Counted from the first letter of the stretch, positions 37,978 to 51,021 are shown. The stretch: 64,000 nt of DNA from Chiloscyllium plagiosum (GCF_004010195.1 NC_057757.1:8815014-8879013); one strand, 5' to 3'. Made by a program: numbers and translations. The notes: generated by a model not told the origin, from the letters alone.

Positions 37978-40825
37978 TGAGGGAGGGCGAAATTCTGAAC
38001 ATGCATCCAGGAGAACTTTCTTGGCCAGCACGTACAAAGTAACACAAGTGTGAGAGGTCCTGGATCTAATTTTGTAAGTGGAGTTAAAGTTACTATTCTC
38101 AGCTTTGCAGATTGAGAACGTTCATATATAGTAAAAACGGTGACTACTAGTCAACTAACGTTCTCGCTGAACCTTTCTTAACTTCAACTTTGCAACTGAA
38201 AATCTAAAAGATGATTTACAAATGATGATTGATGCACATTTTTAAAAAAATTATCATTTGGAGTTTGAAATGACTTGCGCGTTTTGCTGATACCTTGAAA
38301 CAAGCAGATCTGGAAAATAAAAACCTGGAGCTTTTTCGGTTCTACTCCCACAACCTTGCTGTCAATTCAAGAATTAGGAACAGAAATTCCTTCAAAAGAC
38401 CATCTGGAAATTTATTTGCAATTGCAATTAAAGGCATGTTCAACCCACCATGGTTGTCAACGCTAACATTAATTCAGTTCAATGCAATGCAGTTACACAG
38501 CATAATCTGATGTCTGTCTGAACATAGGTTAAATTCAAGAATGACAAGGTAAAAACAAATGAATGCATATTGAATTTTTTGAAAAGTCATATTTCCTGGA
38601 CTACACAGCAATCTCAGTCCAGGCAGCAGTTAGAATTCTGTCTCGGTAAGCTTAGCTTTGCCACACACTGCCATGTATACGACTTCAAACATTTACTGAG
38701 ATGACTTACCTTCAGCAGCATTACAGCTCAATCCTCATTCACCTTGGTCCTATGTAGAAAGTATACATCTCATTTCAAGGTTTAAACGTGCCTCTCCCAG
38801 GAATGCTTGTAAAGAGTCTGTACAAAACTTGTTCGACCCAAATAATTTGCTCAGCTTTAACTAGATTTAACTTCAGCTTGTGAAACTTGACACTCTTCAA
38901 ATCCTGAAGCAGTTCATCGCACCTATACAGCAAGACCTGAACAATAGAAGACAGTTGGATAGATAGATAGATATTGGATAGACAGTTGGAGCAGACCCAA
39001 TGGGTTAAATGGCCCGTTTTACATTCCTATGGTTATATGGCTTAGAGTGGGCTAAATTCTTAACATGCATCCAGGAGAACTTTCTTGGCCAGCACGTACA
39101 AATTAACACAAGCGTGAGAGGTCCTGGATCTAATTTTCTAAGTGGAGAAAGACCTTCTATACATCAAGACCTGAACAATAGAAGACAGTTGGATAGATAC
39201 GTGAATCATAAAGGTTTGGAGGGATATAAACCAGGAGCAGGCAGTTGGGGCTAGTTTACTTTGGATAATGCTCGCATGGACTGGTTGATACTTGACGGAA
39301 ATGATGGAGAAACCTGTATTTCCGGTGCTTTAATCTTCCAGAGAGTCAATCAATTAACAGTACACTTGATGATAATATCGTCTGTGCAACACATTGACTC
39401 AAGTAGGTTGTTAAGTTTGATATGTCAGACTGTAAAAGGCCATATTACAACAGCATCTACATAGCAAATTAAATCCCCCTGTGCTGTTGCTCACCTGTTC
39501 CAAACTGACTGATGGCATCAACTATGTGGAGCCTTACCATGACAACCTGGAGATCTCACATTCCAAGTGAGTAGATAATTTCGGACCAGGCAATGATACC
39601 AAACGTGTGACTCACCTGATCTCACAATACATTTAATGACTGAAGTTCTCTTGTTAGTGATCAGCTTCACTTATACTTGAGCTCACCATGTCAGCCTCCC
39701 AGTAATAGGGGTCAGCATATTGTTCATGTACAAGGGACACTTGAATCCAAGATATGTCTAACCATGCTGCTGTTGTCCCATTGCTGATATAAACCACATC
39801 TGTCCATGTTAATCCCATTCTGCTGGTACTAAACAAATAATGAAGGTGACCATTCTTCATACTCGCAACGTCCTACGCTATCCTTAGATGTGAGTGTACT
39901 GCATGGATATGAGGAGGATGATCTCATTGAAGTGAGATTATTAATATTAGCTCATTGATGCTGGTGTCTTGCAGGTACACCAGAGAAAGCCGTGCTGGTC
40001 GGGTACGATTGGCCAGCCACAGATATTTAGATGTGATTCACTGGTAATGGTTGTACAGTGATACTTGATCAAACAAAGGTATTCTGATAGGAATGGTGCT
40101 GGTACATGTACACGAGGCATCACAGTGCCTTTTTGGTATAACACTTTCCTGATATTAACACTTAAACTTCGAGTGCTTATTCACGGACATTCACATTAAT
40201 TACTTTCACAAGAGCTGACCATAGCCCAATGGCACAAAGTTACCCTTAACCTTTGGATCCCAAGCCGATTTCCACAAGTGTTGATGGTGAACTCTTTGGG
40301 TTCATAAATAGCGGCATTGAGTATAAAAGCAAGGAAGTGACACGTTCTGTTGGCATATTTGATTACTTTAATCTTGCTGTTTGTTTTCAAGTCAATTCCC
40401 GCCTCGTCTATTAAATACACCTTGGGTTCTGGGAAATTACGTTTCCATGTTAGTGCCCAACAATCTTACGAAACCTGCAGAAATCACCATTATGCTTTGT
40501 TTCACATATCATCCTGCTTTGTGGAAGATAATTGCAACGTGAAGTGATGAATAATATCTTGTAACAAACTGTAGACAAAGCACAAGTAATCAAGTCAAAC
40601 AAAATGAGCAGCCAATTGCTGCTCTTTGGAAATGCCACCGAGTTAGCCCCGCCCTCCCTGAAATACAGCCAGCTCATTTCTGGAGTTATCGTTTGTCTTA
40701 ATATTCTTGTGCTTTTGACATAAACTGAAGAATTAGGTTTTTGTCATAGTCAACGCACATTTTAACTGTTCAGAATATTATGCTGCTATCCACTGGCTGT
40801 GCCTCTTGCTTCATTATTACATGAC

Positions 40826-40940
40826 TTTACAGTCCAGCTGCTCAGAGATGTTATTACACGCCTCTAGAGCAGAGGGCTCCTGACCCCAGGTCTCCTGACT
40901 CAGAGGGAGGGGCACTACCACTCTCCCACAAGCGCTCCCA
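40826..40940 (-). mobile_element. Short tRNA-like SINE inserted in the IgV-like exon
   Basis: Reverse complement GGGAGCGCTTGTGGGAGAGTGGTAGTGCCCCTCCCTCTGAGTCAGGAGACCTGGGGTCA resembles the SINE head fragment at 63935-64000. Confidence 0.55.
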
Positions 40941-41632
40941 ATACGTCTGTCATACTGTGGAAGATTTATCAGTACCAGCTGCCCTCGTGGGAGGAGTTGC
41001 CACGTGATAAAATTCTTGCAAACTATGTCATCCCAAGAGCTGAAAATAAAAGTGAAGTGTACTTGAGCTTCGAAGGCTGAGAACAGACAAATCAGAGTGA
41101 GGGTGTGATGCAGAATGAAAATGTGGTGCGATTGAGATGTTAATGCCATGCTTCCAGCACGAACAGCAAGACACCGAGGCACATCATTTAAACTCAGTCA
41201 AGTGAACACCAAGTTGGAATTATGTTCCACGAAGACGGGAAGTGGATTATTGAACAGTGCATCAATATATAGACATTTAAAAGAGGAGCAACTGATTTGA
41301 TGATATCCTCTTGGGACTTTTTGGGATCTGGGGACTGAGAAATGATGTGGTGATATGGTTGATTCCCTTCACACACGCAGATTATTCCAGTCTCTGATAC
41401 ATTCCCCGAAATGCAGTTCTATAATGGGATTTATTCTAATGAGCAAAATACCATTCCCACCCCACCCCCGCCCCCGCCCAGCAACAAGGACCAAATAACC
41501 AGAAAATAATTTCTTCACCCTCTTTCATTCTGTTATTACAATTAAATCATTCGATGCTGAAATCGACTTGAATCTTTTCAGTTCTTCATCAGAGAATCGA
41601 TTGTGTCAACCTGAAAAAATAAATCACAATAA

Positions 41633-41948
41633 TCATAGATTCCCCTACAGTGCGGAAGCAGGCCATTCGAGTTCAGACTGACACACCGAAGAGCATCCTA
41701 CCGAGACCTCCCAGCAATGCTGCATTTCCTATGGCTAATCCTCCTCGCCTGAACATCCCTGGACACTGTGAACAACTTAGCACGACCAACTTACCTAACT
41801 TGCAAATCTTTAAACTGTGGGAGGGAACTGGAGCACCCAGACAGAGACAGGGAGAATGTGCAAACTCCGCACAAACATATGCCCAAAGATGGAATTTATC
41901 CATGTTATTGTCACAGTAAGGCCACAGTGCTAACAACTGAGCCACCCC
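41633..41948 (-). mobile_element. HE1-type V-SINE, diverged
   Basis: Similarity to 28591-28908 (GGAGCACCC, TGCAAACTCC, GTGCTAAC). Confidence 0.8.
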
Positions 41949-42957
41949 AAGCCAAATAGGAGCAGCCTCTGAGATTCATAGTGGGTAACAATATTTTTTT
42001 TAAAATCATTTCTTTCTATCTGTAATTTTTAAAAATATTGTATTTATCCACAAGAGATGGACACCAATGTTCAGTATAAAGCTATTGCGACTTCCTGCTT
42101 GCTATTTACAGTCATACAGCAAAGAAACTCACTTTCAGTACAACTCATCCGCATCAACCAGACATCCCAATTTGATCTAGTCCCATTTGCCAGGGTAACT
42201 ATTTAGGAGAGAGTTCCAAGAGACTGATGAATCTAGAAAAGGAGCAAAACCCACTGTGCCCAGTTTCTTAGTGCAATACTGTGAAGGAGCCGAAATAAAG
42301 TTTAAATGATATGCCTCGGTGTCTTGGTACACAACTGTGAAGGATCAGAAATAAAGTTTAAACCAGTGTGCTGTGTGTTGGTGCAAAACTGTGAATGAGC
42401 AGAAATAAAAGCTAAACATTGTGCCTTTTATCTTGGTGCAAAAGTTTTAGAGTTGACAGAGATAACAGAAAAAATTTTAGGATTTTATGCTCACATGCAA
42501 TACACTTGGTACCTTTTGGTTACTGTCGTCAAAGGTGGTACAATTTCAAAAATCCATTCATCCGTGGTTTTTTCGCAAAACGATGCAAATAAATAATGGA
42601 AGAAGAGCATTTTCTTTTCAAAGAACACTTAACTCACAAACTCATTTGATTGCTTTCATTTGTGTGTTACTCTGAATGAACTGGGATTGTGCATGGATAG
42701 ATTTATCTGTCAGCCTTTTGACATGGCCAAAATTTCGATCATCGTTGCTGATGGCCTGTTTTAATAGCATAGTATTTTTACAGAGAGCAGAGTTTGGGAT
42801 TTCCACACAACCACCTGTGCGGTTGTTGGAGTTTGAACTGCATTGATTAAAGAAACCAGCACAAAAATTATATTAATGGCAACATCAGGCAGATACAGGT
42901 CAAAATAACTGCCACTTGTAAACAATCACATTGAAATTCCAACTTAATTGCAACAGT

Positions 42958-43412
42958 TATAGAGTCATACAGTACAGAAACGGACCCATCAGTCCAACCA
43001 GTCCATGCCAAACATGATCCCAAACTGAACTAGTCCTACCTGTTTGCTCCTGACCCAGATCCCTCTAAACATTTCTTATCCATGTATTTATCCAAATGCC
43101 TTTCAAACGTTGTAAATGTACTCACATCCACCACTTTCTCAGGACGTTAATTCCACATGTGAACCACTCTGTGTCAAAAAATGTCCCTTGCGTATTTTAT
43201 AAAAATCTTTGTCTTCTCACTTAAAATGAGCCCTCTTGTCTTGAAATCCCCCATCCTCAGGAAAAGGCAACTTCTATTAACTCTATCTGTACGCCTTATG
43301 ATTTTATAAACTCTATAAGGTCACCAACCTACCTCCTACACTCCAGTGAAAAAGCCCCAGCCGATCCAGCCTTTCTTTAGAACTCGAATCTTCCATTGCC
43401 AGCAACATCCTG
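42958..43412 (-). mobile_element. CR1 LINE 3' end
   Basis: ATAGAGTCAT tail; similar to 49043-49370. Confidence 0.8.
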
Positions 43413-44912
43413 TTGTTTTAAGTGCTGACTTTTTGTCAACATTATTTCCAAAATAATCAAATGGAAAATTAATATTTGCTAATAATTACTAGCAAGCGAA
43501 TTAAAAATTTGTATGGATAAATAATGATCTGTTGTTTGATATTTTAACCATAATTGCTGACAACAATGTCTGCATGTTGCGATGTCCTTTCTTCAGAATG
43601 GCAGAGAGATGTGGCATTCCCAAATCACCCAGTTTATTCATTTTTCATTCCAGGCATTTTGTTGAATTCAGTTTTGACCATCTGCCGTGGTGGGATTCAA
43701 ACCCAGGTTCCCAGAACATTATCTGAGTCTCAGGATTGGGCTCATGCCAAAAACGTCAGTTCTCCTGCTCCTTGGATGCTGCCTGACCTGCTGCGCTTTT
43801 CCAGCAACTCATTTTCAGCTCAGGATTAAGAGTCCAGCAATAATATCACTAGGCCATTGCATCCCCTCACCCAGTCTATTCATGTTGAGACTGACAAGAT
43901 TGAACAAAATGTACAATAATTTGCAGAGAAGAATGAGTAGGATTGGGAAATGTTTACAAGTCTGTTTTGTTGCTGGTGATTTGGCGATACAGGACACGGA
44001 GAAATCATGTGCTGTTTACATGAAAACCGAAATAACTGCGATGCTGCAAAGAGAGGCATAAACAGATATTGCTGGAAATGCTCAGCAGGTCTGATTACAT
44101 CTGTGGAGCGAAATCAGAATTAATGTTTTTGGTCAAGTGTTCATTCTTTCCTTATTCTGAGGAACAGTCGTTCAACCAAAACATTAAACATTAGCTTTTA
44201 TCTACTTATTTTGATATGGCAATATTAGTGTCCCTCAGAGGCTACAGATACTTCACCTGATTGTAATTCTGATACCTGGAGTTAGAATTTGTGTCACTAT
44301 AACAAATCAGGTGCATAATGAGCTGCAAAGCAGACTGGTGAACAATGTTAATGGCATTGACAGGACAGAAGAATTTTCTGGAGAGTGAGAGGGAACAGAA
44401 CTCAATGCAATTGAGTTGGATTTCCCTATGTATTTCCATGAGGAGTTCTGCTTCCCTTCAAATTCAAATTCCAGAAAACGCTTTCCACTGGTTGGGGATT
44501 CCTGGTCTGGGTCGGAGTCAAAGATTATGGGCTAGAATTTAAGGAAAAATGTTGAGAAAATTGGTAGGTATTTGGAACTCTCTTCCACAAAAGAAGTTGG
44601 GACAGTTGTTCAGGTTAAATCAAAGATAGGTACATTTTTGTTGAGCAAATGTATTAAGGGATATGGTCCAAAGGCGCATGAGGAGTTAGACCAAAAATCA
44701 GCCGTTGGATGACACAACAGGCTGAAGGGATTCAACTGTCTCCACTCGTTCTGATATTCTCATGACTGTTCAAACTTGACCAACAAGGGAATCAGGGTTT
44801 ATGTAAAGCTACTTTCTAATCACTAAGTTTACGCATTAAACTGTGTCTCATACAATTCTCTCACTATTCTCGTAATTTCTCCCAGCACATGACCCATAAC
44901 TTCTCACATCTT

Positions 44913-46552
44913 GGCATCACAGAGATTCATAGAGGCATTGAGATGTAGAGCATGGAAACAGACCCTTCGGTCCAACCCTTCCACGCCGACCAGATATCCT
45001 AACCTAATCTAGTCACATTTGCCAGCATTTGGTCCATATCCCTCTAAACCATTCCTATACATATACCCATCCAGATGCCCTTTAAATGCTGCAAATGTAC
45101 AAGCCTCCACACGTCCTCTGGCAGCCCACTCCACCCTCCGTGTGAAAAGGTTACCCCTTAGGTCCCTTTTATAATTTTACCCTCTCACCCTAAACCTATG
45201 CACTCTAGTTTTGGATACCCCAACCCCCGGGAAAAGTCTTTTTTTACTTATCCTATCCATGCCCCTCATTATTTCATAGAACTCTATAAGCTAGCCCCTC
45301 AGCTTCCGACACTCCAGGGAAAACAGCCCCAGTATATCCAGCCATGACCATATAGCTAAAATACCCCAATCCTGGAAACACCCTCGTAAATCTTTTCTGA
45401 ACCATTTCAAGTTTCACAACATCCTTACGATAGGAAGGAGAGCAGATTTGCATGCAATATTCCCAGAGTGGCTTAATCAATGTCTCATACAGCTGCAACA
45501 TGATTCCCAACTTCTATATTCAATGCTCTGAGCAATAAAGGAAAGCATACCAAATGCTTTCTTCACTGTCCTAACCATCTGGGACATTATATTCAAGGAA
45601 CTATGAATCTGCACTGCAAGGTCTTTTTGTTCAGCGACACTCCCCAAATAAATGGTTACATCTTGAAAAATGTCCAAACTACAGAGGAGGTCGAGCTGGA
45701 TGTCTTGAAATGCAAAATAGTGGATAAATCCCCAGGATCTCATCAGGTGTACCTCGAACCCTGTGAGAGGATGGGAGTGATTACTGGCCCCCCTGTTGAG
45801 ATATTTGTATCAATAGTCACAGATGAGATGCTGAAAGCCTGGAAGTTGGCTAACATGATGCCATTGTTTAAGAAAGGCGATAAGGAAAAGCTAGGCACCT
45901 ATCGACTGGTGACCCTGACATTGGTGGTGGGCAAGTTGTTGGAAGGTATCCTGAGGGACATGATTTACATGTAGGTGGAAAGACAGCGATTGATTAGGGT
46001 TAGTCAGATGGCTTTTTGCGTGGGAAATCATGTCTCAGTAACTTCACTGAGTTACTTGAAGAAGTAACAAAGCAGATCGATCGTGGCTGAGCTGCAGACA
46101 TGATGTTTATGGATATCTGTAAGGTGTTCAACAAGGTTCCTCATGGGAGACTGGTTAGCAAGGTTAGATCTCATGGAATACAAGGAGAACTAGCCATTTG
46201 GATACAGACCTGCCTCGAGGGTAGAAGACAGAGGGTGGTGGTGGAGGGCTGATTTTCAGACTGGACGCCTGTGACCAGTGGAGTGCCACAAGAATTGGTG
46301 CTGGGTCAACTACTTCTCGTCATTTATATAAATGATGTGGATGTCAACATAGGAGGGAGGTTATTAAGTTTGCAAATGACACCAAAATTGGAGGAGTAGT
46401 GGACAGCAAAGAAGATTACCTCAGAGTGCAAAGGGATCTTGGTCAGATGGACCAATGGGCTGAGGAGTGGCACATGGAGGTACTGCATTTTGGTAAAGCA
46501 AGTCTGTGAAGGACATATACACTTAATGGTAACGTCCTGGCGAGTGTTGCTG
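44913..46552 (-). mobile_element. CR1 LINE with inverted 5' segment (minus 44913-45645; plus about 45650-46552)
   Basis: Minus part encodes LGSVAEQKDL to the 3' end. Plus part encodes RT (PLFKKGDKEKLGTYRLVTLT) and ends at GAGTGTTGCTGA. Candidate TSD ACATCTT at 44906-44912 and 46553-46559. Confidence 0.8.
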
Positions 46553-46995
46553 ACATCTTCCAAATACTGATTTATTTTCAGTCTCCATAACTCTAAGATA
46601 TAATTCATGGATTAGAGCGGTGGTGGAAAAGCACAGCAGTTCAGTCCGCATCCGAGGTTTCCAGCATCTGTTGTCATTGTTTTTACCTCACCGATATGAC
46701 TCATGTGCTTAAGAGTGGATTATTTCAGTGATTCGTTCAGACAATCAGATGTTGTTTTAAATGTGTATAAGATGTGTTATTAATAAAATTTACTTACAAA
46801 TGGATCATTGAACAGGGTGGTGTTGTACTGATTGTTTGATTATGCTTATTGATTTTACGTTATCATATTTCTGTGAATGGTATGTCAAAGCCCTGTCTTT
46901 GATTAATCTAACATAGGTATTTATAAATATTACCCCAGAGACTGCTCCATTGCATTATGATGTTACAATGTTATTAAATTATTGTGTTACATTAC

Positions 46996-48651
46996 CTGAG
47001 CTTTCACATTTATATAGCACTGGGTTTAGCTAGTGGATGCTCTCATTCCCTATCCCACAACTGACCAGATCCAGCTCCTCAATCTCCAGAACCATCATTA
47101 ATGTGTTTGATAGAACTGCACAGTCAATGGTTTTAAGAGGGTATTTTATTTTCCCTGGAGCTAGGATATCATCCAGTAGCATTGCATTTTCAAATTCAAG
47201 AAGACAGCACAATATTTTGAGGAGACTTTTTTGGCTTCACTCAATTTCCAAATTCTTCACAGAACTGTTGAATTTTTCTTTCAGCAGGTTGGATAAAATT
47301 GAGATTCTTTCAGAGCGTAGTTCCTTCCAGTAAAACCCAATTTGTTTCGCTGAATTTGGTGATGAGAGGGCAATGAAAAAAAAACACAAAAGAAATTAAA
47401 TCTGTTGTTGGGGCAGCTGGAACAATCAGTAAGTATTTTCTTCACTTGGTCTACTGGCGTACTTTGACATTTAAATAGTGCATCAACAAAATCATTCAAA
47501 ATGGAGTGCGTGAACACGTAGCCAACACCATCTTTGTCTTGAATTTCCATCATAAATACAGAGATCCAATTGGAAAGAGGCAACTTGTGCCGTTTGAATT
47601 GACCTTTTCCATCTACAACAGTTTTGGTGCAAATGCCCCAGTAGGCCAAACGACCCAACTTCAGCAGCATCCCATGGACAATGGCGTCTTCATAATCACA
47701 TTTCTTCAAAGGACAGGTATAGTAACGGAGGAGCACCCTTGTACTGATTGTTACTGCTGGTATCTGGGCTCCTTCCTTCTGCTGGGCTTCCAGTATTGAG
47801 CACAGAATCGAGCAGAAGTGCACATTATGGCACAGGCTGTATAATTTCTCATTCTGCTCAATATAATCTGAAGCAAAATGTCCAGCTGCAGAGCAGCATT
47901 GAAAATATTGTTTCATTTTGTCTGCATTGAACCCTAGGATATCGACAGCATGATTTAATCTGACATTTATAAGAGTTTGCAGTTTACATTGGGAACTTGT
48001 TCCCAATACTGCGCAACTTTTCAGCAACTACCCTTTTATAAGACAGCACACAATGTGGAATATTTCACAGAAACGTTCAGGCCCTAAACTCTGAGATTCA
48101 TAATCATTGCTGCTTGGTGTACCAGTTAAATCGATGTTTTCTGGAAAAGGTCCAAGGCGTCAAATATTAACAATTTTTTCTTTGGCTCTTTCCACAGAAA
48201 CTCTAAGAAGTTTGTGAAATGGGGAAAGAAATCTAGTATCAGTTCATTCAAGCATGTTTCCCCATCCATGGGATTCAATAGCTGAACTTTAAATGGAAAG
48301 ATCACGTCGATCTCGCAGTACATTTCACCTGCTGCCCAGCCATTTTCTTTATTGAGGTATTTCTTCCAAAACCTGAGGGTCTCATATTTGTCCCAGGCAC
48401 TCATGCGTGATTGAAATGTTTTCTCACTAAACAATTTAATTTTACTTCTTCTGGATAATTTTGTTCAGCTTTCCTCCAGAATACTTCACCTTCCATACCC
48501 CAGTTTGTTCCTGCTCACCTAATGAATTAACAATTGTTACTTTGGTGTATCTTTCACTCAGTACAAATCTTCACATTCTTCTGTTCTCTCCTGTGATTTT
48601 TATGTTTTCATTCTTTTTTGTGAAGGTGGTCTTTGTGCTGCTGCTTTATAA
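46996..48651 (-). pseudogene. NLR (NACHT-LRR; NLRP3/NLRC3-like) pseudogene, large FISNA-like plus NACHT exon
   Basis: Acceptor ttcattcaag| at 48651; donor CTCAG|gtaat at 46996. KQQHKDHL; VLSERYTKVTIVN; degenerate Walker A PSGFGRNT; WAAGEMY...IFPFK; Walker B LLIFDALD; ILGF...YF, LCHNVHFCSILC, LKLGRLAYWG, YVFTHSILNDFVDAL; first LRR IEELDLVSCGIGNE. Multiple stops and frameshifts. Confidence 0.9.
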
Positions 48652-49652
48652 CTTGAATGAAAATATTTCAACATTGTCGTCATCACCATTCATATGAGCA
48701 ACATTTGACAGAGAAATCTTAAGAATCAAAATGCTAACAAGTAAACGACAGAAATGTCATAGACAAAGAGACACATTGAAATTACTATTGCACCTATATT
48801 TGCAGTTGTGAAACTAGTGTTGCATGAATAATCTGATTCATTCCAATTATTTTGTAGAGGCAAGTAGTGGAGCAACTGGTAATCTTACTGAGCTAGAATC
48901 CGAGTTAGTAATTGCTGGGCTGATCTGTACAACCTTTCCTGAATAATGCGAGAGTCATAGATGCAAAGAGATGTAGAGCACAAGAACAGACCCTTCGGTC
49001 CAACGTCTTAATGCCAAAAAGCAAACCAATATTATTAAAGACATAGAGTCATAGAGACATACAGCATGGAAGCAGACCCTTCAGTCCAACCCATCCATGC
49101 CGAACAGATATCCCAACCCAATCTAGTCCCACCTGCCAGCACCCGGCCCGTATCCCTCCAAACCCTTCCTATTCATATGCCCATCCAAATGCCTCTTAAA
49201 TGTGCAATTGTACCAGCCTCCACCACATCCTCTGGCAGCTCATTCCACACACGTATCAGCTTCTGTGTGAAAAGGTTGCCCCTTAGGTCTCTTTTATATC
49301 TTTCCCCTCTCACCCTAAACCTATGCCCTCTAGTTCTGGACTCCCTGACCCCGGGGAAAAGACTTCCATATCCTTTTCTATAGGAAAGATGGATGCAAAA
49401 TACTCATTTAGTATCTTCCCCCATTTTCTGTGGCTCCATTCAAAGGCCGCCTTGTTGATCTTTGAGGGGCCCTATTCTCACCCTAGTTACCCTTTTGTCC
49501 TTAATGTATTTGTAAAAACTCTTTGGATTATCTTGCATTCTATTTGCCAAAGCTATCTCATGCCCCCTTTTTGCCCTCCTGATTTCCCTCTTAAGTATAC
49601 TCCTACTTCCTTTATACTCTTCTAAGGATTCACTCGATCTATCCTATCTATA

Positions 49653-49751
49653 GCTGAAAATGTGTTGCTGAAAAAGCGCAGCAGGTCAGGCAGCATCCAG
49701 GGAACAGGAGAATCGACGTTTCGGGCATAAGCCCTTCTTCAGGAATGAGGA
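49653..49751 (-). mobile_element. Short Penelope-derived element nested in CR1
   Basis: TSD ATCCTATCTATA at 49641-49652 and 49752-49763; same arm as 34831. Confidence 0.85.
49711..49746 (-). ncRNA. Minimal type-I hammerhead ribozyme motif (Penelope-associated)
   Basis: Reverse complement ATTC-CTGAAGA-A-GGGC-TTAT-GCCC-GAAAC-GTC-GATT: intact cores and a GUC cleavage triplet. Confidence 0.65.
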
Positions 49752-51021
49752 ATCCTATCTATACCTTACATATGCTTCCTTCTTTTTCTTAACTAAACCC
49801 TCAATTTCTTCAGTAATCCAGCATTCCATATACCTATCAGCCTTTCCTTTCATCCTAACAGGAATATGCTTTCTTTGGATTCTGGTTAGCTCATTTTGGA
49901 AGGCTTCCCATTTTCCAGCCATCCCTTTATCAGTGAACATCTGCCCCCAATCAGCTTTCGAAAGTTCTTGCCTAATACCGTCAAAATTGGCCTTTCTTCA
50001 ATTTAGAACTTCAATTTTTCGATCTGGTCTAAGCTTTTCCATCATTATTTTAAATCTAATAGAATTATGGTTGCTGACCCCAAAGTGCTCCCCCACTGAC
50101 ACCTCAGTTACCTGCCTTACCTTATTTCCCAAGAGTAGGTCAGGTTTTGCACCTTCTCTAGTAGGTACATCCACATACTGAAATAGATATTCATCTTGTA
50201 CACACTTAACAAATTCCTCTCCACTTAACACTATGGCAGTCCCAGTCTATGTTTAGAAAGTTAAAATCCCCTACCATAACCACCCTATTATTCTTACAGA
50301 TAGCTGAGATCTCCTTACAAATTTGTTTCTCAATTTCCCTCTGAATATTAGGGGACTACAATACAATCCCAATAATGTAATCATCCCTTTCTTATTTCTC
50401 AGTTCCACCCAAATAACTTCTCTGGATGTATTTCCGGGAATAACCTTCCTCAGCACAGCTGTAATGCTATCCCTTATCAAAAATGCCACTCCCCCTCCTC
50501 TTTTGCCTCCCTTTCTATCCTTCCTGTAGCATTTGTATCCTGGAACATTAAGCTGCCAGTCCTGCCCATCCCTGAGCCATGTTTCTGTAATTGCTATGAT
50601 ATCCCAGTCCCATGTTCCTAACCATGCCCTGAGTTCATCTACCCTCCCTGTTAGACCCTTGCATTGAAAGAAATTGCAATTTAGTTTATTAGTCCTGCCT
50701 TGACCCTGCCTGCCCTGTTTCACTCGCTTCTGTTCTCAACTGTACCAGTCTCAGATTGATCTCTTTCCTCTCTATCTCCCTGGGTCCCACCACTGCAGCT
50801 TACTAGCTTAAATCCTTCTGAGCAGCTCTAGCAAATCTCCCGCCAGTATATTAGTCCCCTTCCAATTTAGGTGCAACCTGTCCTTCTTGTGCAGGTCACT
50901 TGTACCCCAAAAGAGATTCCACTGATCCAAAATGTGAGCCCTTTGCCCATACACCAGTTCCTCAGCCATGCATTCATCTGCTCTATCCTCCTATTCCTGT
51001 CCTCACTATGCCATAGTCCTG

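Larger units (their letters stand above)
40244..44357 (-). pseudogene. Probable B7/butyrophilin-like Ig-superfamily pseudogene (signal peptide exon 44276-44357, IgV exon about 40710-41076, IgC exon about 40244-40474)
   Basis: MPLTLFTSLLCSSLCT*FVIVTQILTP|gt. Acceptor ttctcag|CC gives AFEAQV...ITWQ...QYDRR, then a SINE, then AQPVDSSIIF*TVK..DYDKNLILQ. IgC-like ALTWKRNFPEPKVYLIDEAGIDL...ANRTCHF...TCGNRLG. Stops present and conserved Cys lost. Confidence 0.5.
49043..51015 (-). mobile_element. CR1 LINE with ORF1 esterase remnant, endonuclease and 3' UTR; RT region deleted
   Basis: ORF1-like RNRRIEQMNAWLRNWC; EN motifs WDIIAITETWL, GGGVAFLI, DLLLGN, GVSNHNSI; 3' UTR at 49043-49370. Confidence 0.88.

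Noticed and set aside
42255..42450. ~52-bp repeat (TTGGTGCAAAACTGTGAAGGAGCAGAAATAAAG) in about 4 diverged copies
   Set aside because: Small degenerate minisatellite with no further structure.
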